Assembly (NCBI GenBank): GCA_965228905.1
Contig: CBDDII010000003.1
Coordinates: 2,431,594-2,495,593, forward strand
Origin: Paracoccaceae bacterium
GTDB lineage: Bacteria > Pseudomonadota > Alphaproteobacteria > Rhodobacterales > Rhodobacteraceae
DNA: 64,000 nt
Direction: 5' to 3'
Part shown: piece by piece, positions 58,026-64,000 of the stretch
Numbering within the stretch: position 1 is the first letter of the stretch
Layout of the letters: every line of letters starts with the position of its first letter
Made by a program: the position numbers and the translations under genes
The notes under the pieces: generated by a model
Seen by the model: only the letters and a program-made list of their open reading frames with translations
What the model was told of the DNA's origin: nothing
Databases searched by the model: none

Positions 58026-58241
58026 ATGGAAAACCTGATCTGGATTGGCGCTGCCGTGACGTTGTTAGGGCTGGCGGGATTGGTCTGGTGCATCCTGACC
58101 GTTCAGAAGGCACGCAAGGACGGCCTTGACGACGAGGCCATGAAAGCGCGGCTTCAGAAGGTCGTCGCGATGAACATGGGGGCGCTGTTCCTGTCGGCCA
58201 TCGGGTTGATGATGGTCGTCATCGGGATCGCTTTACGCTGA
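58026..58241 (+). CDS. Small two-TM membrane protein (71 aa)
   Basis: Two hydrophobic helices flank a basic loop (QKARKDGLDDEAMKARLQK). Confidence 0.4.
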   Translation: MENLIWIGAAVTLLGLAGLVWCILTVQKARKDGLDDEAMKARLQKVVAMNMGALFLSAIGLMMVVIGIALR

Positions 58242-58247
58242 ACTGCA

Positions 58248-60338
58248 TCATGCGTTCAACGACGAGAAATCCTGCTCGGCCCGGATGAGATCCTGGATCA
58301 TCGAGGGTGGCGAAGGAATCCGGGCGCTCATGGTCGACATTTCCAGAAGATGCTTGCGCACATCGTCAAGGCCCAGAAGATCCGCGGCGAACATCACACC
58401 GCCCGTGCGGCGCGCAAAGCCCAGCCCGTGGACGGCGGCCATGTCGATGTCGGCGGGTCGCTTGGCCACTCCATCCAGCAAAAGCTGTGCCCCCGCCCCG
58501 GCCATTGCCGAAAGCGCGCGGAACCGGATCTCGGCGTCGGTGACCCGGCGCGGCTCGATCCCCTTGGCATCCCGGTCGGCGGCGATCATCTGTTCCACGA
58601 CCGGGTCTTCCATGCCAGGCTTGCCACGCTCCCGGTAAAGGTAATAGCCGCGCCCGACCGAAAACCCAAGCCGACCCGTCGCGACAAGCACCTCGTCGAT
58701 CCCCCCGCCCCGTTCGCCTTCGGAACCGGACCGGGAACTCACACGCCGGATGCCAAGCATGTCGCGATGGGAAAACGATCCGAAGGGCACGCCCCAATCC
58801 TTAAGTGCGAGGTCGATCTGCTCGACCCCGGCACCCTCTTCCAGACAGAGATCGCAGGCCGCGTGGAGTGCTTCGAGGAGCCTTGTTCCGATCGCTTCCT
58901 TCGAGGGCGTCACTTCGAGGATCAGGCGGTCGATCTTTCGGGCAAAGGCGCGTGCGGTCGCCACAGCAGCCGCGCTGGTGTTCTCATCGACCGACATTTC
59001 AACCAGCCGGTTCTTTTTCATGCCAGGGTAGAAACGCAGGCCCACGACATCGGCAGCGCGGCTTGTCATCGAGGCGACCTTGCTCATCGGCACACGTTCA
59101 CCCCCGACCATGAGCAGCGCGCCCGCCTTCATGGAGGCGTCGAGCGTGGCCAGCCTTTCCCTGGTCAGCACCTGCGACGGGTCAATGACGATGTCGACGT
59201 CCATCAGGTTTCCATAGCCCGAATCCGCCTGCATACGGTCGAGCAAATCCTCGACGTCGTCTTCGCTCATCACCTTGTTGGCAACACGCGCGTCATAATG
59301 ACCGATCACGCGGCCGACCCCTGCTTCCAGCGCTTCGTCGTTCGCATCTGCGACGACCACTTCGAAACCGGTGTCAAGGCACTGCACGACCAATTCCGCA
59401 CCCATTCCCTGCGCGCTGATAACGGCAACCTTGTCGATGGTGCGCGACGCTGTGCGGCCTTCCCATCTGGTCGTCGCCTGCAACCGCCGTTCGGCGGCAA
59501 AGATATGGCGTAAAGATTTTGAATGTTCCGAAGTCACCAGATCATCGAAGGCGGCTTCTTCCATGCCGCGCCCGATGTCATAGGGCAGAAGAAGCGCCGC
59601 CTCGACACATTCGATCATGCGGCTTGGTGCATCCAGCGGCGAGGCCTCGGCTGCGCGACGATGTTCTGCCACGGCTTCGAGGAAACTGGTCCCCTCGCCC
59701 AGGCGATCCCTGCGAACAGAGCTGCGTTTCAACTCGGCACCGCTTTCGGCAAGTTGGGAACCGTGCGAGATGGCCGCGGCGATGAGGTCGGTCACCTCAA
59801 GCACATCGACAAGGCCCACCTTGCGGGCAACATCACCCGAAACGGCACGCCCACTCAGCAACAGCTTCAGGGCGGCCACCCCGCCGATCACTTTCGGAAG
59901 GCGTTGCGTGCCGCCCGCGTTCGGCAGAACACCAAGGGTTATGTCAGGCGCACCAAGGCGTGCTGCGGGCGTGGAAATGCGCATATGTGCGGCAAGCGCG
60001 ATCTCAAGCCCGCCGCCAAGCGCCGGGCCACCAATGGCGGCCACCACGGGTTTTTGACAGGCCTCGATCCGGTCGCAAAGCGCGGCCAGCGTCGGCGTGT
60101 CATCGGCAGTGGTTTCCGAAAGCCCCGCCCCGGTGGCGAACATTCCTTCACTGCCGGTAAGAACGATTGCCTTGACAGAACCATCAGCTTCGGCGGTTTC
60201 GATCAATTCGAACAGGCGTGACCGTACGTCACCGGTGAGGGCACCCGATGGCGGGTTCTCGATCGTGATGATCAGCACGCTGTCGCGCTGTTCGCTGCGC
60301 ACCTTTTCGGCCGCTTCCACCTGCTCGTTCATACCCAT
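58248..60338 (-). CDS. fadJ: Fatty-acid oxidation complex alpha subunit (enoyl-CoA hydratase / 3-hydroxyacyl-CoA dehydrogenase)
   Basis: An N-terminal crotonase fold, a central NAD-binding 3HCDH domain (VAVISAQGMGAEL) and a C-terminal 3HCDH_C. Confidence 0.85.
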   Translation of the reverse strand: MGMNEQVEAAEKVRSEQRDSVLIITIENPPSGALTGDVRSRLFELIETAEADGSVKAIVLTGSEGMFATGAGLSETTADDTPTLAALCDRIEACQKPVVAAIGGPALGGGLEIALAAHMRISTPAARLGAPDITLGVLPNAGGTQRLPKVIGGVAALKLLLSGRAVSGDVARKVGLVDVLEVTDLIAAAISHGSQLAESGAELKRSSVRRDRLGEGTSFLEAVAEHRRAAEASPLDAPSRMIECVEAALLLPYDIGRGMEEAAFDDLVTSEHSKSLRHIFAAERRLQATTRWEGRTASRTIDKVAVISAQGMGAELVVQCLDTGFEVVVADANDEALEAGVGRVIGHYDARVANKVMSEDDVEDLLDRMQADSGYGNLMDVDIVIDPSQVLTRERLATLDASMKAGALLMVGGERVPMSKVASMTSRAADVVGLRFYPGMKKNRLVEMSVDENTSAAAVATARAFARKIDRLILEVTPSKEAIGTRLLEALHAACDLCLEEGAGVEQIDLALKDWGVPFGSFSHRDMLGIRRVSSRSGSEGERGGGIDEVLVATGRLGFSVGRGYYLYRERGKPGMEDPVVEQMIAADRDAKGIEPRRVTDAEIRFRALSAMAGAGAQLLLDGVAKRPADIDMAAVHGLGFARRTGGVMFAADLLGLDDVRKHLLEMSTMSARIPSPPSMIQDLIRAEQDFSSLNA

Positions 60339-60395
60339 GGCTTTTCATACGCCATGGGCCGGGAAACTCAAGAGCGGGCTGCGCCCGAAGGTCAG

Positions 60396-60578
60396 TCAGA
60401 CCGGGACGTTATCCCAGAGGTCTTCGACCTCTTCGGCAAGGTTTGCTGCAAGTTCGGGCCGCATCCGCGCTCTGCCCGCCCCCGTGGATTTTTCCAAGGT
60501 CATGGACAGCACGGTCGCAACGACTGCGTCCTTCTTGAGCGACTTTACGCGCGTGGATTGTGATGCCTCTTTTGGCAT
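60396..60578 (-). CDS. Small basic hypothetical protein (60 aa)
   Basis: The product is MPKEASQSTRVKSLKKDAVVATVL…EEVEDLWDNVPV. It is the C-terminal part of track ORF 60396..60932, whose upstream part overlaps the neighbouring gene. Confidence 0.3.
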   Translation of the reverse strand: MPKEASQSTRVKSLKKDAVVATVLSMTLEKSTGAGRARMRPELAANLAEEVEDLWDNVPV

Positions 60579-60693
60579 GGTGCCTCCCCAGAAATGTTGT
60601 TTTTCGTTATGCTGGCAGCGTAACACGGACGTGACATCAAGTGACGAAGAAAAAGTTAAGCGTTCCTTAACAGGCAAGCACCTGCCGCTTTTT

Positions 60694-61836
60694 TCAGCTT
60701 TCCTCTTCCGGCAGATCCGGCAAATCAGGCAAGTCGGGCAGATCCGGAAGTTCCGGCAGGTCTGGCAAGTCGGGAAGATCGCCCCCGTCCGGATCCGCGC
60801 CAAGCGGCGGGAGGTCGCCAATTTCGCCAATCGGAGGCAGATCGTCCAGCCCGCCAACCTCGGTCTCGCCGGTGCCGGGCAGCGAAAGCTCCGGCTCTGG
60901 CAAGGCAGGTGTCGCGATTTCCGGAATGTCACCCGATTCCGCGGTCAGGAAGGACAGACCATCCCCCGCTATCGCGCCGTCCGCCTCGCCCTCGGCACGA
61001 CAGAGCCGCAGCGCCTTTCGCCCCTCGAACTGGCCCAATCTTGCCGAAGCGATTTTCTGGCCGCCCAGACCTTCGAGTTGGACATTCGTCAAAGCCGCAA
61101 TCGGCACTTCGATCACGTCGTCGATGGCCAGGTTCTTGATCTTGGACATGCGCACCGGCAACCGCGCGAGGATGGCGACCATCGGTGCTTCGATCTTGGC
61201 GAGATGTTTGTGTACCCGCGCCGCGTTATGGGTGTTCGACGATTTCGGACGCTGCACCGGAACGGCAAAGAACAAACGCCCCGTCTTCGCCCCGCCCCCA
61301 AGCGACATTTCGATGCCCAGGGTTTCATAGTCAACCGGATCGAGGGCCAGGTCCGCGTTTCGACGATTCAGCACATGGTTCAGCCGCTTGAACGACAGCA
61401 TGGGCAGGGCGCCCGAATGCTCTTCCTCTTCTGCCATACGGGCCGAGACATGCATCCACTGATCGACGACATCTGCAGCGACAATGCCATCGGTGCGCGT
61501 CGCCGGACGCTCTGGCGGTTCTTTCGTCGAAACCCGGCCCGCCATCTGCACTTCGGTGACAGCGGCCAGAAGTCCGGGCGAAACGATGCAGATACCGCGG
61601 TCCTCAACCGAGTTTTCCAGAAGATAGACAAGATCCTGTTCGCTCAACCCGTCCAGAAGTTCCGCCTTCGTGGCCTTGCCGAAAGACACATCGCCCACCA
61701 GTACGTCCAGCGACAATTCCTTGTCCGCAACCCGCGGCAGGACTTTCTTCAGCATGGCGCTGACCGATGAACCGCCTGCGGGCACCGAGGCGCGTGCGGG
61801 CGCGACTTTCTTTTTGAGAACGGCGGCTTCGGCCAT
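60694..61836 (-). CDS. FliM/FliN-like flagellar switch protein with a C-terminal (D/E)LP tandem-repeat tail
   Basis: A SpoA/FliN-like segment (KIKNLAIDDVIEVPIAALTNVQLEGLGGQKIASARLGQ). The C-terminal 30 aa are DLPDLPELPDLPDLPDLPDLPEEES. Confidence 0.5.
   Translation of the reverse strand: MAEAAVLKKKVAPARASVPAGGSSVSAMLKKVLPRVADKELSLDVLVGDVSFGKATKAELLDGLSEQDLVYLLENSVEDRGICIVSPGLLAAVTEVQMAGRVSTKEPPERPATRTDGIVAADVVDQWMHVSARMAEEEEHSGALPMLSFKRLNHVLNRRNADLALDPVDYETLGIEMSLGGGAKTGRLFFAVPVQRPKSSNTHNAARVHKHLAKIEAPMVAILARLPVRMSKIKNLAIDDVIEVPIAALTNVQLEGLGGQKIASARLGQFEGRKALRLCRAEGEADGAIAGDGLSFLTAESGDIPEIATPALPEPELSLPGTGETEVGGLDDLPPIGEIGDLPPLGADPDGGDLPDLPDLPELPDLPDLPDLPDLPEEES
60708..60780. repeat. Eight tandem 9-bp repeats (GGCARRTCN) encoding (D/E)LP on the minus strand
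   Basis: The tandem period is visible directly: ggcagatcc ggcaaatca ggcaagtcg ggcagatcc ggaagttcc ggcaggtct ggcaagtcg ggaagatcg. Confidence 0.7.
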
Positions 61837-61884
61837 TGCTGCCCCTTCCAGATGCGCAATCAGGCCAAAAATCGGGGATCTAGG

Positions 61885-64000
61885 TTACGATTTCGTTGCC
61901 GCGCCTTGTTCGAAAGCGCCAATCTGAGGCAGAACCACCCGAAACGCCGTTCCCGCACGATCTGGCAGATAGTCGATCTCGCCGCCAAGGCGGCGCATGA
62001 CTTCCCGGCAGATGGCAAGCCCAAGACCGGCGCCTCCCGCCTCGCGGTGATCGTCCGCGCGGGCGAACTTCTCGAATATCATGCTCTGACTGGCTTCGGG
62101 GATACCTTCGCCATTGTCGATGAAATCGACAACCTGCCGCCCGCCTTCTTCTCGGCTTTCGATGTTCAGCACCGGATTTTCCGCCGCACAGTATTTCCGG
62201 GCGTTGGTGATGAGGTTGATGAAAACCTGTGTCAGACGGTCGCTATCGGTGCGTAGGGCAACATTCTCACGCGACCGGTCGCGCCGGATTTCAAAACGGT
62301 CCCTCTCGCCGGGCTGTTCGGTCGCCGCCGTTGCGCGATCCAGCAATGCGCTTAGCGTGTCGTCCTCGATGTTCAACGTCACCTGACCATGTTCCAGAAC
62401 GGAAAGGTCCAAAATATCGTCCAGCAGCCGGGTCAGGCGATTGGCTTCGCCGTGAATGATTTCACTGTATTTGTGGCGTTCATCCGGAGTCATGCTTTCG
62501 CCGTCCATCAGGATCTCGCTGAACGACCGGATCGAGGTCATCGGCGTGCGCAACTCGTGGCTGATCTGGCTGAGGAACCCGTCTTTTTGGACCGATAGCA
62601 AAACAAGCTTGTCGTTGGCGTCACGCAACTGCCCCGCCGTTTCCTGAAGCTCCTTGCTTTTTCGTTCCAGTTCGCTTGAGTATTCGAGGATCTGCTGGGT
62701 TTCGTCGGCCACCTTCATCATGTCCTCGACCGAGATCGAAGCCCCCCCGGTGATCTGCCCCAGCATGGCATGGGCCGTGGCCGCACCGACAGACCCGGCA
62801 AGCTCGCGCTCCAACTGCTCGATAAATCCCGGCGTGACCTCGGGAAGGTAGCCGCCTTTGCCCTGTCGCTCGGCTTCGGCCTCAAAAAGGGTCTGCGCGT
62901 CTGCGGGACCAAGCAGGCGCTGCGACATCATCAAGAGGTCTTCCGCCTCGATCGCCGCCCCGCTCCAGCCGTGCGTGGAATCGGAATAGCGGAAAATGTT
63001 GACGAAACTCGCCCCCTGAAAACGTTCCAACGGGGACTGGACCGTGACAAGCGAGACCAGAAGGAAAGCCGTGGTGTTCAGAAGCATCGACCAGAACACC
63101 GAGTGAACCAGCGGATCCAGCCCTTCGATCCAGAACAACGCGCGGGGCTTCAGGAAGGACAGGCCGAATGGCCCTTCGGCAAAGGCATTGGCGCTCAGCA
63201 CCGCCGCCTCGCCGAAACTTGGCAGGAACAGGGTCCAGAGCCAGACAATGAACCCGATGGTCAGCCCGGCGGCGGCCCCCGTGCGCGTTGCGCCGCGCCA
63301 GAAAATTCCACCCAGAAGTGCCGGCAAGACCTGCGCAACCCCGGCAAAGGCGATCAGGCCGATGGCGGCAAGGGCAGCACCTCCGCCAGACAGCACATAA
63401 TAGAAATACCCAAGCGCAAGGATGGCCGCGATCGAGATGCGGCGCGACAGGATCACGACACTGCGCACATCCCCCGATACGGTGGCCCCGCCCCGCCGAC
63501 TGGTCAGCCAGATCGGCATTACGATGTGGTTGGACACCATCGTGGAAAGAGCGATGGCCGCCACGATCACCATTGATGTTGCAGAACTGAACCCGCCAAG
63601 AAAGGCCAGCATGGCAAGTGCATCCTGATCGAAATGCAACGGCACGGTCAGCACGAACAGGTCGGGGTTCGCACCCTCGGGCATGACGCCAAGACCGATC
63701 ACCGCAATCGGCACCACGAACAGGCTCATCAGGAACAGGTAAAGCGGAAAGGCCCAGCTTGCGACCGGCAGGTGGCTTTCGTCGGAGTTCTCGACGACCA
63801 TGACCTGGAACATGCGCGGCAGGCAGAGGAACGCCGCCGCAGACAGGAAGATCAGCGTCAGCCAGCGTTCGGCAGGCGTGCTCCACTGGGCAATGGCCGA
63901 TCTGTCGATGGCATCGAAAGTCGCCCCGACCCCGCCAGCCACCGAGAAAACGACGAAGGCACCGACCAGAAGCAGGGCGACAAGCTTGACGACGGCTTCA
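61885..64000 (-). CDS. Hybrid sensor: sodium-solute-symporter (SSS) domain fused to a histidine kinase (CbrA-like), N-terminus beyond the window end
   Basis: HisKA (HELRTPMTSIRSF) and HATPase_c (…GGAGLGLAICREV) lie C-terminal to more than 10 TM helices. The reading frame stays open past 63942 to the window edge, so the track start is not the true start. Confidence 0.8.
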   Translation of the reverse strand, partial: EAVVKLVALLLVGAFVVFSVAGGVGATFDAIDRSAIAQWSTPAERWLTLIFLSAAAFLCLPRMFQVMVVENSDESHLPVASWAFPLYLFLMSLFVVPIAVIGLGVMPEGANPDLFVLTVPLHFDQDALAMLAFLGGFSSATSMVIVAAIALSTMVSNHIVMPIWLTSRRGGATVSGDVRSVVILSRRISIAAILALGYFYYVLSGGGAALAAIGLIAFAGVAQVLPALLGGIFWRGATRTGAAAGLTIGFIVWLWTLFLPSFGEAAVLSANAFAEGPFGLSFLKPRALFWIEGLDPLVHSVFWSMLLNTTAFLLVSLVTVQSPLERFQGASFVNIFRYSDSTHGWSGAAIEAEDLLMMSQRLLGPADAQTLFEAEAERQGKGGYLPEVTPGFIEQLERELAGSVGAATAHAMLGQITGGASISVEDMMKVADETQQILEYSSELERKSKELQETAGQLRDANDKLVLLSVQKDGFLSQISHELRTPMTSIRSFSEILMDGESMTPDERHKYSEIIHGEANRLTRLLDDILDLSVLEHGQVTLNIEDDTLSALLDRATAATEQPGERDRFEIRRDRSRENVALRTDSDRLTQVFINLITNARKYCAAENPVLNIESREEGGRQVVDFIDNGEGIPEASQSMIFEKFARADDHREAGGAGLGLAICREVMRRLGGEIDYLPDRAGTAFRVVLPQIGAFEQGAATKS

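Noticed and set aside
1-64000. Mobile elements, prophage, CRISPR arrays or defence islands
   Set aside because: No integrase, transposase, terminal inverted repeats, repeat-spacer arrays or phage structural genes are detectable. The only repeats are the 47-bp hairpin unit and the 9-bp coding repeat.

Overview
This is a high-GC chromosomal segment with a Rhodobacterales-like alphaproteobacterial gene set. It reads as core genome, not a mobile island: there is no integrase, transposase, CRISPR array or phage module. Most of it is housekeeping or transport, with strand-consistent operons and frequent ATGA/TGATG start-stop overlaps.

- **Motility:** a cheR 3' end followed by a cheY-like regulator, and a FliM/FliN-like switch protein near the far end.
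- **Repair and hydrolases:** a standalone HNH endonuclease, an esterase and an AlkA-type glycosylase.
- **Transport:** MFS transporters, an orphan family-5 ABC binding protein, a dctPQM TRAP system and a TAXI-type TRAP transporter next to a MarR-regulated sulfatase.
- **Carbon and amino-acid metabolism:** acyl-CoA synthetase, edd-eda, ilvBN with a leader-peptide attenuator, lldD-dld and fadJ.
- **Nucleotide and regulatory genes:** zapE, dksA, glnE, class II nrdJ with candidate NrdR boxes, gapR, and an SSS-domain sensor kinase that runs off the window end.
- **RNA genes:** tRNA-Lys(CTT), a defective tRNA-Asn(GTT)-like gene, tRNA-Pro(TGG) and tRNA-Thr(TGT).

The features most worth a second look:

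1. A roughly 400-nt hairpin-dense GC-rich tract between the tRNA-Lys/Asn pair and the SPFH gene. It contains a tRNA-like T-arm fragment ending in ACCA and a long-range 8-bp pairing, and nothing else explains it.
2. Tandem paralogous membrane/coiled-coil proteins that form an operon with an RDD protein and the arginyltransferase Bpt.
3. A MoxR AAA+ ATPase separated by three genes and an overlapped 55-aa micro-ORF from its expected VWA partner.
4. A 38-aa entericidin-like lipoprotein that is below the ORF-track cutoff.
5. A FliM/FliN-like protein with eight tandem 9-bp repeats encoding (D/E)LP.
6. A duplicated hairpin element between the convergent pirin and nrdJ genes.
7. A PIN-domain protein translationally coupled to rlmI.
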